The notes under the pieces are model-generated. The model was not told the DNA's origin and searched no databases. It worked only from the letters and a program-made list of their open reading frames with translations. From positions 1-55,284 of the forward strand of contig JAYENB010000159.1 in assembly GCA_034721855.1 (NCBI GenBank): a DNA stretch of 55,284 nt. Reading direction: 5' to 3'. This document shows, piece after piece, positions 38,244 through 46,623 of the stretch (within the stretch, counting starts at the first letter, position 1; the number at the start of each line of letters is the position of its first letter). Source of the DNA: Bacteroidota bacterium. Its GTDB lineage: Bacteria; Bacteroidota; Bacteroidia; Bacteroidales; ML635J-15. A program made the position numbers and the translations under genes.

Positions 38244-38564
38244 TTTTTTGCTTTTATCGTCAATCCCCCTGTTGATTTTGCATATTCAGGGGCAAACGGA
38301 TTTCATTTTAGTTGCCAAAAGTAATAAAATTCGTATTCTTCGCATTCAAAAGATGAAAGGAATGAATTACAGAAAAGATAACTACTCAGTGCTAAAATAA
38401 AAAAAACCTTAACTATTCAGCCGCATACAATTGATACCGACTGTTACCGCTAAGACGCTGAGACGCAAAGAAAGAAACAAAATTGCCTGTTGTAGGCAAA
38501 CGGCGGTCAGTGAAATGAACTAAAAAAGATAAATTGGTCGCATAGACAGTTAACAACGGTTGTT

Positions 38565-38875
38565 TTGAACCATATAAGGATTATAAGGTCATATAAGTTT
38601 TTCTTATAATCCCTTATATGCCTTATATGGTTTGATTATTTTAGGTTAAATATGGTTGCGATAAATCTTATTTCATAGAACACTGATTTCTAATAAGTAA
38701 CCGATTTTAACCATTAGTAACATTTTTTAACCCCGTAGAAAATTTTTCAACGAGGTTAACCGTTGTTAACAAATTTAAAACCTTTGCAACCTTGCCCGGC
38801 AACAGACGGGTCTGCGACTTTGCGGTGAGGAGCTACTTTTGTTGATACTGATTAGTTACGAAATACCAACGATTC
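38565..38875. repeat. Composite repeat, copy 1, inverted relative to copies at 52654-52895 and 55050-55284
   Basis: The reverse complement of 38606-38733 matches 55157-55284 with 3 mismatches. The copy contains the 21-mer module (38791-38811), a GTTAA decamer array with a 29-bp insertion, and a terminal hairpin (accatataagg...ccttatatggt). Confidence 0.85.
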
Positions 38876-38947
38876 CATTTGCATTAAAAAACAAAGCGCT
38901 ATTCAGGATAAACTCACCTGAGACCTGCAGATGTGAAAGCCCTGTAA

Positions 38948-38978
38948 ACAAAAAACCGGATATCTGCATAACATCCGG
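38948..38978 (-). terminator. Intrinsic terminator downstream of tRNA-Arg
   Basis: The minus strand reads ccggatgttatgcagatatccgg followed by tttttt. Confidence 0.7.
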
Positions 38979-38985
38979 CGGTAAG

Positions 38986-39060
38986 TGATCCAGCCAGGGC
39001 TCGAACCTGGGACCTACGGCTTAGAAGGCCGTTGCTCTAATCCAACTGAGCTACTGGACC
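38986..39060 (-). tRNA. tRNA-Arg (anticodon UCU)
   Basis: The minus strand reads GGTCCAG TA GCTC AGTTGGATTA GAGC A ACGGC CTTCTAA GCCGT AGGTC CCAGG TTCGAGC CCTGG CTGGATC A. This folds as a full cloverleaf with a GTTCGA T-loop. No CCA is encoded. Confidence 0.92.
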
Positions 39061-39111
39061 ATTGTTTATTTTCGAAGGGCAAAGATACAAAAATGATATC
39101 ATTTGCAAATT

Positions 39112-39765
39112 TTATTTGGCTATAAAATCCGCACAAAAACGTTGCTCCTCTACTTTCATTCCGTCCCGTAAATGCAGGGTATGATATCCCAACGACTGAG
39201 CGGTTTTTATGTTTTCTGCATTGTCATCAATAAAAAGGGTTTGTGCCGGAACCACTTCGGTTTGTTTCTGCATCAAAAAGAATATTTCCGAATCCGGTTT
39301 CCTTACTCCCATCTGATGAGAAAGAAACATGCGCTCAAAAAAAGCACTTAATCCATCCCGGCAAAACCGTTGCTTTATTTGCTGATTATAAGACCTGAAA
39401 TGAATGCTGTTTGTGTTGCTGAGCAAGAACAATCGACATGATTTTGATAATTTTTTTAGCATCTCAATGGTTGCAGGCCTGAATTCAAGTATAATCGTAT
39501 TCCATGCCTCATCAATTTGTTTATCCGTCCAGGGGATCCCGGAAATACGCCTCATCTCATCGCGGAAATATGCCTCGGAAATTTTACCGGTTTCCAGTAA
39601 ATTGAATAAATCTGTCTGCAACGTTTGATGATACATTGTGTCAAAATCTTTCAATCCAATTTTGGTAAACGCGTTCACAGGCGCATCAAAATCTATCGGC
39701 AACAACACCCGTCCCAAATCAAAAACGATGTTTTTATAGCGACTGTATATATTTTCTTTGATCAT
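39112..39765 (-). CDS. HAD-superfamily hydrolase (subfamily IA-like)
   Basis: Motif I is FDLGRVL. Also present are LLSNTN and the C-terminal FIDDNAENI. Confidence 0.85.
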   Translation of the reverse strand: MIKENIYSRYKNIVFDLGRVLLPIDFDAPVNAFTKIGLKDFDTMYHQTLQTDLFNLLETGKISEAYFRDEMRRISGIPWTDKQIDEAWNTIILEFRPATIEMLKKLSKSCRLFLLSNTNSIHFRSYNQQIKQRFCRDGLSAFFERMFLSHQMGVRKPDSEIFFLMQKQTEVVPAQTLFIDDNAENIKTAQSLGYHTLHLRDGMKVEEQRFCADFIAK

Positions 39766-39831
39766 GAGAACAAAGAAAATTATTAATTTTTTGCTTTCAA
39801 AAGATTGTTTTGTATCTTAATACTTTCATTT

Positions 39832-40362
39832 ATGGACAAGCCTGTAATCACATACTGGATAGACCTTTACAACCGCATCAAAAGGTTAGAAAAAATAGAT
39901 GAAGGATTCCGTCGTTCTGACATGCCCCCTCCTTTTTCATTTACAGACTGGGAAAATGAAAACTTCATGTCACTCATTGAAGGCGATGAGACCAAGATTT
40001 TTTTTGAAGTCCTGCTTCAACGTGTACGCATCATGCAAAAACCGTATGAATACAACTTTCGTTGCGACAGCCCCAGCATAGCCAGGTTCATGAGAATGAG
40101 GTTAACTCCCGAATCCGACAACCTGATGCGCTTTGATATTTTTCTTGACAACGAAGAACACAGCCTTCCCGACATCCGATTTTACCAGGGAGATACAGAT
40201 TCTATTAAACGTTGTTCCATTTGCAACAAGCTTAAATCGGGGCATAAATGGGTGGACATGAAAGATGAAAACATTTTTTACAAAGATACCATCACCACCT
40301 GCCCCGTGGATTATACCGTTTGCCCTGACTGCATTCAAAAGTTACCCGGAACAAACTTTTAA
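39832..40362 (+). CDS. Hypothetical protein with C-terminal four-Cys zinc-ribbon-like motif
   Basis: CSICNK...CPDC is present near the C-terminus. I recognise no family. The start MDKPVITYW is at 39832. Confidence 0.6.
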   Translation: MDKPVITYWIDLYNRIKRLEKIDEGFRRSDMPPPFSFTDWENENFMSLIEGDETKIFFEVLLQRVRIMQKPYEYNFRCDSPSIARFMRMRLTPESDNLMRFDIFLDNEEHSLPDIRFYQGDTDSIKRCSICNKLKSGHKWVDMKDENIFYKDTITTCPVDYTVCPDCIQKLPGTNF

Positions 40363-40507
40363 CTCGTTATTTTAAAAAATCACAAAATAATTTTGCGATT
40401 AATTTTTATTAAATTATCTTTGGTTTTGTCTAAAATATAGTTTTTAGACTGAACTCATAGATAGAATGAAAAAAGAAAAAATATTTTTAGAATAAAATTT
40501 TAAAATT

Positions 40508-41735
40508 ATGAAGAAGTATATGTTTTTTAGTTTTTGTCCTGTTATTCAATGGGACTGCAATATTTGTTTCCGCACAAACCGATATCCCGGGCGGGAATGT
40601 AAGTGGCACATGGAATAGTTCCGGATCTCCTTATAACATTCAGGGTTCTGTAATGGTGCCTGATGGACAAACTCTCACCATTGAGTCGGGTGTAGAAGTA
40701 ATTTTCCAAGACCCCTTCAAACTGAATGTACAGGGGAGTGTGCTTGCCAATGGTACTGCATCGGATACAATTACTGCCGCGGACACCACCAATGGCTGGC
40801 ATAGAATATGTTTTGACAATACACCTGCAACAAACGACAGTTCCAAATTTTTCTATTGTAAAGTACAATATAGTAGAGCCACTGGTACATCACCGGATAA
40901 TAGAGGCGGTGCATTCTACTTTGAAAACTTCTCCAAAGCAATTATTTCTAACTGCCGCATCTCAAACAACTCGGCTTCATCTGGCGGTGGAATTTATTGT
41001 TATGAATCCAGCAGTCCAATAATTACCAATAATACTATTTCCAACAACTCGGCTGATTATTGGGGCGGTGGAATTTGTTGTATTGATAACAGTAATCCCA
41101 CATTCAAAAATACCATTTTATGGGGTAACACATCGAGTACAAGCGGGGCACAGGTGTATTTGAACGATGAAAACAGTGACCCAAACTTTTACTTTTGCGA
41201 TGTGCAGGGTGGCACTGCGGCATTCGGGCTTAACGGTGTCTCTTATACTGGAAATTACGAAAATAATATTGATACCGACCCCTTGTTTATGTCGCCTTCA
41301 GCAGGCAGTGGCACGGGCTATAATGGATTAACTGCCGATTGGTCGTTGCAAAGCGGTTCGCCTTGCATAAATACAGGAACACCTGATACAACAGGGCTTA
41401 ATCTACCTGCAACGGATATTGCTGGTAATCCTCGGATTATTAATGATCGTGTGGATATAGGAGCGTATGAATATCAGGGACCTGGCTTTATTAATGAAGC
41501 TCAAAACACTTTTTCAATGAACATTTATCCCAAACCTGCAACAAACCATATACATATTGAATGCCAAACCGGAGGGGTAGTTTCTGTTTACAATTTACAA
41601 AGAAAAAACATCTTCACATGCCACCTGGAACATCAGCGGATAATCAACACAAGCAACTGGCCACGTGGTATGTATATTGTCACTTATTATTCTGATAACG
41701 GAAGTTTAAGCTCGCAAAAGCTAATTTTACAATGA
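40508..41735 (+). CDS. Right-handed beta-helix T9SS cargo protein whose signal-peptide start is out of frame at a T6 run
   Basis: ORF 40653..41735 carries NNSASSGGGIY / NNSADYWGGGI beta-helix repeats and a T9SS CTD. The same frame stays open back to 40512 and encodes ...LLFNGTAIFVSAQTDIPGG with no start codon. ATG 40508 (MKKYMFF) is in another frame. Deleting one T at 40523-40528 joins the two. Confidence 0.75.
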
Positions 41736-41739
41736 GGCA

Positions 41740-43680
41740 TCATTGGCAATACTTCTCAATGACATCAAAGGCTTTATCCATACCGGCTCCGGCTGCATTG
41801 CTCAGATCTATGCATGCCTTGTTCTTCTCTTTCAGGTAGAAATAGGTTAATCCCCGGTTAAAATACGCCTCTGTAAAATCCGGCCTGACATCAATTGCCT
41901 TTTCAAAATCATCAATCCCCGCCCAGTGATTCGATGTCAGTGAATAGGTATATGCACGGTTGAAATAAGCAAAAGCAAAGTCTTTATCATGTTTTATTGC
42001 CACTGTGTATGATTCCAGCGCATCTTTGTAATTTGGATTAACCTTGACATTCTCTTTTATGTCGGGTTTAAAAGTCCTGGTATATACCTCTTGCTCAGGG
42101 TTGATGTTTTCCATAAACAAACCCAGTAAAACCAGCGTATTTGCTTTTGAAAAATAAATGAGTGGATTATCAGGGGATATCTCAAAAGCCGTTTCATAAT
42201 CGTTCATTGCCTGGTTAAAGTTGCCTTGCAAGCTCAAAACACCCGCCCTGTACAGATAGTTTATTAAAGTTTCAGGATGAGATTCAATAACCACAGACAA
42301 TGAATCCGCCATGTGGGAAAGGCTTGCATCACTCAAAAGATGGATGTCATTGCTCAGCGCTATGGTTTTTTGATCAAACACCCCGTCAGGATACATGTCT
42401 TTTCCATAAGCATCATAATAGTTGTATGTAATGTTCCGGTTGTTGTCAGGCACCACAAAAAACACATATTCTGCACTGACTTCAGGCACAGCTTCATCCG
42501 CATCAGCATTAAAATCTGCACTCAAGCTTGTAAGGCGTTTCAATTCCATGCCCTGGCGGTATTTTAGGCTTTTGCTTTTCAGGGCATTGATGGCATTTAC
42601 GGATTCAGCCATGTTTCTGTCTCTTGCAGCCTCTTTCGGGCGATGGAGTTTATCTTTCACATAGGCCCTGTTTGTGTATGCATCGGCAAAATCGTGAAAC
42701 AACTCAATGCATTGATTGTAATCTGCAAGTGCACCTTTGTAATCTTTAATTTCCACTTTTAACCCGGCCCTGTTATACCATGCCAGGATGTGTTCAGGTT
42801 GCACTTTTAGCATTGTGGTGTAATCTCCGATGGCTTTCCTGAATTGTTTCAATTGACTGTAAACCACGGCCCGATTAAACAAAGCTGCTGTATTCAAGAG
42901 GTTTTTACGGAGAATATAATTCAGGTTATGCAATGCAGCGTCCCAGTTGGTATCTTCCATGTGCATTGCTGCACGCTGATAGTATGCGTAATAAAACGTT
43001 GAATCTACCGTAATGGCGTGTTCAATATAATACCGGGCGGAATCCCTGTGACCCATATCCTTGTAAGTCAATCCTTTCTGAACAATTACGCCGACATGGT
43101 CAGGTTGCAATTTCAACACCGAATTAAAATCATCCATGGCTGCTTTTACGTCATTATTTCCCCTGTATGCCATTCCCCTGACCATGTAAACCGCTACGTT
43201 GTTGAGCCCTTTTTCCAGTGCTTTGTTGCAATCATCAATGGCTTGTTGATATTGGTTGAGATACAACATGCTCACAGCCTTTTGAAACCATGCATAAGCA
43301 TCAGAATCATCCAGTTCAAGGGCTTTGTCGAAATCCTGTTTTGCCTGTTCATAATCCATCATCCTGTTGTTGATGACAGCCCTGTGCAACCACGCCTGCT
43401 GATAATCCGGGGCTTTATCAACGCATACCGAAAAATCTTTCAGTGCACCATGGTAATCTTCCAGCATGTAACGGGAATAACCCCGGTAAAAATAAGCATC
43501 GGGATTATCATCATCCATATCAATGTCATAGCTAAATAACTTTACCGCCTCTTTGTAATTTTCCTGCTGCAACTGAAACAATGCCCTTTCATAATAATTA
43601 TGCTGAAATTGCGAGATGGCACTGTTTGGGAAAAACAATTGCAAACACAAAAACAGCACGATATATCGCATTTTCAACAT
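41740..43680 (-). CDS. Tetratricopeptide-repeat protein (secreted or periplasmic)
   Basis: It has a signal peptide and many TPR-like units (A..Y..RG..Y......A..D). The length is 646 aa. Confidence 0.85.
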   Translation of the reverse strand: MLKMRYIVLFLCLQLFFPNSAISQFQHNYYERALFQLQQENYKEAVKLFSYDIDMDDDNPDAYFYRGYSRYMLEDYHGALKDFSVCVDKAPDYQQAWLHRAVINNRMMDYEQAKQDFDKALELDDSDAYAWFQKAVSMLYLNQYQQAIDDCNKALEKGLNNVAVYMVRGMAYRGNNDVKAAMDDFNSVLKLQPDHVGVIVQKGLTYKDMGHRDSARYYIEHAITVDSTFYYAYYQRAAMHMEDTNWDAALHNLNYILRKNLLNTAALFNRAVVYSQLKQFRKAIGDYTTMLKVQPEHILAWYNRAGLKVEIKDYKGALADYNQCIELFHDFADAYTNRAYVKDKLHRPKEAARDRNMAESVNAINALKSKSLKYRQGMELKRLTSLSADFNADADEAVPEVSAEYVFFVVPDNNRNITYNYYDAYGKDMYPDGVFDQKTIALSNDIHLLSDASLSHMADSLSVVIESHPETLINYLYRAGVLSLQGNFNQAMNDYETAFEISPDNPLIYFSKANTLVLLGLFMENINPEQEVYTRTFKPDIKENVKVNPNYKDALESYTVAIKHDKDFAFAYFNRAYTYSLTSNHWAGIDDFEKAIDVRPDFTEAYFNRGLTYFYLKEKNKACIDLSNAAGAGMDKAFDVIEKYCQ

Positions 43681-43869
43681 TCAAAAATTTTAACGCTAAG
43701 GTATGAAAAATATTTCACTGCGGAAATATGCCCGGCTATATATTGTCAAAATATCTGTTTTGGGAAAAGCACTTAATCGCGGCATGAAATTTATACTCTG
43801 TTGAGCGCTGGTGGTTTTTTGTAAATAAATTTTCCAGTAATCATGCAGAGATTTCTTTTTCCTTTTGCT

Positions 43870-44017
43870 TTAAAGTTTTAGTTTATCCGGACTTTGCCTG
43901 GTATCAAACAAAGCGACAATCCGTACTGAATCTTTCAAAATATCATAATAAATCGAGTATTGATTTTAAATCAGTTTTGGCTCTTTGTGACCAAATAACT
44001 TTAGAGATATTTTTCAT
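43870..44017 (-). pseudogene. Remnant of a ParE/RelE-family toxin gene
   Basis: The N-terminal piece MKNISKVIWSQRAKTDLKSILDLL* starts inside the antitoxin 3' end. The C-terminal piece, in another frame, reads YSIYYDILKDSVRIVALFDTRQSPDKLKL*. The middle of a normal toxin of about 95 aa is missing. Confidence 0.5.
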
Positions 44018-44229
44018 AAAGCTCTCTTATTTCTGAATGGTCATAAAATTTGTTCGCAGAAAGGTCTTGCAAGCCTTCTTCAATTGCGTCTCTTTCTGCT
44101 TGACTTATTTCGTTCCACCAGTCTTCATTTTCTGCTAGTTTCATGAGTTTGTCAAAAAGCTGATTGTCGCAGATTTTTGTAATCCACTCAACACTCAATT
44201 AAATGATATTTTTTCGTTTGAATATCCAT
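44001..44229 (-). pseudogene. Addiction-module antitoxin gene disrupted by a 7-bp tandem duplication
   Basis: ATG 44229 gives MDIQTKKYHLIEC*. ORF 44001..44198 resumes with (SV)EWITKICDNQLFDKLMKLAENEDWWNEISQAERDAIEEGL. The tandem duplication cactcaa|cactcaa lies at 44185-44198. Removing one copy restores MDIQTKKYHLIEWITKI... Confidence 0.6.
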
Positions 44230-44249
44230 TGCAATTTCTTTTTACAAAT

Positions 44250-44489
44250 TTAAGGATTTTTTTGTTCCTGTTGAAAAGCTTTTAAGCAATATGCATTGAG
44301 TATCAAATTTATGTGTTTGACTTTCGCGGTCGGTTTCTCTCCACTTGCACCCAACTCAACAATTAAAAGCATAAAAACAGGGAAAGTGGTGATTAAGTAA
44401 ATTTCATTTCCGGAAAAATTCAATGCGTAGAAAATAACTAACGAATTGCTTTTCATATCAGCAAACCAATCCTTCATTCCATTCACCAT
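44250..44489 (-). CDS. Doubtful small ORF (79 aa) between the HsdR_N gene and the dead TA pair
   Basis: The only support is that the frame is open. I recognise no motif, and it overlaps the HsdR_N gene stop by 7 nt. Confidence 0.2.
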   Translation of the reverse strand: MVNGMKDWFADMKSNSLVIFYALNFSGNEIYLITTFPVFMLLIVELGASGEKPTAKVKHINLILNAYCLKAFQQEQKNP

Positions 44490-44932
44490 GCTGAATAATC
44501 CGGCAAATCTTCCATAAAACTCAATTTCCCTGCTTCATGATCAACATAACAAACATAATGCTTCAACCCATTGCTGACAAACAAATATGGTACTTTAAAA
44601 GCAATGTTGTACCCTGCAATTTGTTGAAAAACAGCCTGACTTACCTTTACTGAAGGGGATTTGCATTCCACCAGCATCACCGGATTGCCTGTTTTATCAT
44701 ACACCAATGCATCATAACGTCTTTTTAACCCATGTACCCTGATTTCTTTTTCCAGCGCAATTAATCCGGGAGGCACCTGTTTATGATGAATGAAATATTG
44801 CATCAGATTTTGACGAACCCATTCTTCAGGTGTACAAACAAGCCATTTCCTGCGTACAGCATCAAAAATCATGGTTTTGTCACCACGTTTTTCCAATTTG
44901 AATTCAAAATATGGTAAATTAAGTGCCTTCAT
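44483..44932 (-). CDS. Stand-alone type I restriction enzyme HsdR N-terminal domain protein
   Basis: The 149 aa sequence follows the PD-(D/E)xK-like pattern ...TPEEWVRQNLMQYFI...YDALVYDKTGNPVMLVECKSP... typical of the small Bacteroidota HsdR_N family. Confidence 0.8.
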   Translation of the reverse strand: MKALNLPYFEFKLEKRGDKTMIFDAVRRKWLVCTPEEWVRQNLMQYFIHHKQVPPGLIALEKEIRVHGLKRRYDALVYDKTGNPVMLVECKSPSVKVSQAVFQQIAGYNIAFKVPYLFVSNGLKHYVCYVDHEAGKLSFMEDLPDYSAW

Positions 44933-44936
44933 TTAT

Positions 44937-44944
44937 TACCTTTG
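44937..44944 (+). promoter_or_regulatory. Candidate -7 box (TAnnTTTG) for the AMP nucleosidase gene
   Basis: TACCTTTG lies 25 nt upstream of the ATG at 44969. Confidence 0.4.
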
Positions 44945-44968
44945 CACAAATGTAAAAAATTAATTGTG

Positions 44969-45739
44969 ATGAAAACAAAAGAAGAAATAGTCAAAAATTG
45001 GTTACCACGATACACAGGCATAGCTTTAGAAGACTTTGGAGAACACATATTGCTTACCAACTTTCAGCATTATGTTGATTTGTTTGCTGAATGGTTCAAA
45101 GTACCTGTATCAGGATTAGATGCAAACATGCCCGGCGCAACAGCCAACGGTATTACCATATTAAATTTTGGTATGGGCAGCCCCAATGCGGCTACCATTA
45201 TGGATTTACTTTCTGCTATTTCTCCAAAAGCAGTGCTGTTTTTGGGGAAATGTGGCGGACTGAAAAAGAAAAACGCACTTGGTGACCTTATCCTCCCCAT
45301 TGCAGCCATCAGGGGAGATGGTACTTCAGATGATTATTTACCCCCCGAAGTACCGGCTCTCCCGGCATTTAGTTTACAGAGAGCGCTATCTTCCACCATT
45401 CGTGACCACCACAGAGATTACTGGACAGGCACAGTCCAAACCACCAACCGCCGTGTTTGGGAATGCGATGAACGGTTTAAAAAGTACCTCCGTAAAACCA
45501 GGGCCATGGCTATTGACATGGAAACAGCTACCATTTTCATCACTGGTTTTGCAAATGGCATCCCATCAGGGGCGCTTCTGCTTGTGTCCGACCAACCGAT
45601 GATTTCCACCGGTATCAAAACCGACAAAAGCGATAAATCTGTGACGGCTAAATACGTGCAAGAACATTTGAAAATTGGCATTGATTCCATGAAAGAACTC
45701 ATAAACCAGGGACGCTCAGTAAAACATCTGAAATTTTAA
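44969..45739 (+). CDS. amn: AMP nucleosidase (short PNP/UDP-phosphorylase-fold form)
   Basis: IVKNWLPRYTG...ILLTNF..YV..FAEWF...ITILNFGMGSPNAATIMDLL matches the short Bacteroidota AMP nucleosidases as I recall them. Confidence 0.75.
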   Translation: MKTKEEIVKNWLPRYTGIALEDFGEHILLTNFQHYVDLFAEWFKVPVSGLDANMPGATANGITILNFGMGSPNAATIMDLLSAISPKAVLFLGKCGGLKKKNALGDLILPIAAIRGDGTSDDYLPPEVPALPAFSLQRALSSTIRDHHRDYWTGTVQTTNRRVWECDERFKKYLRKTRAMAIDMETATIFITGFANGIPSGALLLVSDQPMISTGIKTDKSDKSVTAKYVQEHLKIGIDSMKELINQGRSVKHLKF

Positions 45740-45753
45740 GCTATATCTATACA

Positions 45754-45803
45754 GTTAATAATGGTTAACATCAGTTAACATAGGTTAAAAACGGTTGCGA
45801 TAA
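45754..45803. repeat. Five phased 10-bp GTTAA units
   Basis: The units are gttaataatg|gttaacatca|gttaacatag|gttaaaaacg|gttgcgataa. Confidence 0.7.
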
Positions 45804-45863
45804 AATATAGACTTCTCATTAGTAAACAACTTGCGGATTTGAGGTATTATTATGTGGGCAAAT

Positions 45864-45974
45864 CCCCGCTGTATCACCCACCTGTCAGGTCTTCCATTAT
45901 TAATGGTATAACGGCATGCTAATTTTGTAATATTCCCATAATTGACGACCTAACAGGTGGGTGATATAGCGGGG
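45864..45974. repeat. Hairpin with 28-nt arms
   Basis: ccccgctgtatcacccacctgtcaggtc (45864-45891) pairs with gacctaacaggtgggtgatatagcgggg (45947-45974) at 26 of 28 positions. Confidence 0.75.
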
Positions 45975-45984
45975 CCGGTCTTCG

Positions 45985-46090
45985 CCTGCTATCTGCCATC
46001 CCGAGCGGCTGTATTTGCAATCCCCTTCAGGAGCTTACTCCGTTCGCTCTGCCGGATGATGCAAAATACAAAGCCGCTCAGGATAGCAGG
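45985..46090. repeat. Structured hairpin element, copy A
   Basis: The outer stem is cctgctatc/gatagcagg. The inner stem is gagcggctgtatttgca/tgcaaaatacaaagccgctc. It shares the 16-nt leader CGCCTGCTATCTGCCA with 52234-52249. Confidence 0.7.
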
Positions 46091-46166
46091 ATATACGGCT
46101 ACGCCCTTTTGCGTATATCCTCCCATCAAACAAAAATCTGTCGCAGGCAAATCCTTCGTTTCAATT

Positions 46167-46302
46167 CTTTCTCCCCATCCTGCTTTCGGGCAATCGTGTC
46201 TTCGTGCTTTCGTGCCTTCGTCCCATCTATCCATCTCTCAATCACTCAATCTCCCCATCTCTCAGTCGTTCTTGCGTGCTATCGTGCTATCGTGCAATCT
46301 CC
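46167..46302. repeat. Degenerate octamer-periodic tract (about 17 units, consensus CnnTCnnn)
   Basis: The units include ctttctcc|ccatcctg|ctttcggg|caatcgtg|tcttcgtg|ctttcgtg|ccttcgtc|ccatctat|ccatctct|caatcact|caatctcc|ccatctct|cagtcgtt|cttgcgtg|ctatcgtg|ctatcgtg|caatctcc. A related tract lies at 46571-46626. Confidence 0.7.
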
Positions 46303-46444
46303 CCCTCCCGCGTGAGGGCGTAGGCGGTTAGCCTGCTGAAGATGAGCCTTTCAGCCTGCTGCTGTGACAGAGCGACAAGTGAAGCTCCTGTTCACAGCAT
46401 CGCAGGCTAAAGGCGAAGCAAAGCAGCTAATAGCCGGAGACCGA

Positions 46445-46545
46445 CCCTTAATTTGTTTTTTAATCTATTCTACCCACCTTTTCTAAAGTTTCGAAACTTT
46501 AGAAAAGGTCGCTTGGATTAGAAAGGATAAAAAAAAATTAAGGGG
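46445..46545. repeat. Nested palindrome with a 32-bp perfect core
   Basis: ccttttctaaagtttcgaaactttagaaaagg (46477-46508) is its own reverse complement. It is flanked by cccttaatttgtttttt and aaaaaaaaattaagggg. Confidence 0.8.
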
Positions 46546-46623
46546 CACGCCCAAATAAACACAAAACCTACAATCCATCTCTCTATCACCCTATCACTCC
46601 ATCTCTCTATCTCTCTATCCCCC

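Noticed and set aside
43880-43900. The gtccggataaac segment could be a copy of the cccggataaaccgg repeat module rather than toxin coding sequence.
   Set aside because: The surrounding 90 nt translate into a very typical ParE/RelE C-terminus (YSIYYDILKDSVRIVALFDTRQSP). The match to the module is only about 10 nt.
45864-45974. The hairpin could be an SRP (4.5S) RNA, because of the cctgtcaggtc segment.
   Set aside because: It lacks the conserved GGAAGGAAGCAGC-type domain IV motifs. The pairing partner is a simple inverted copy, as in the other repeat hairpins.
45957-46331. ORFs of 68-124 aa lie in the amn-lgt gap (45957..46331, 45989..46234, 46109..46315). Similar ORFs occur at 52159..52449, 52185..52400, 12300..12497, 10217..10405, 884..1275 and 36720..36968.
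   Set aside because: They are translated from repeat modules, hairpins and 8-bp-periodic tracts. This gives S/L/P/R/C-rich products and overlapping ORFs on both strands. The same DNA recurs elsewhere in other frames and orientations.
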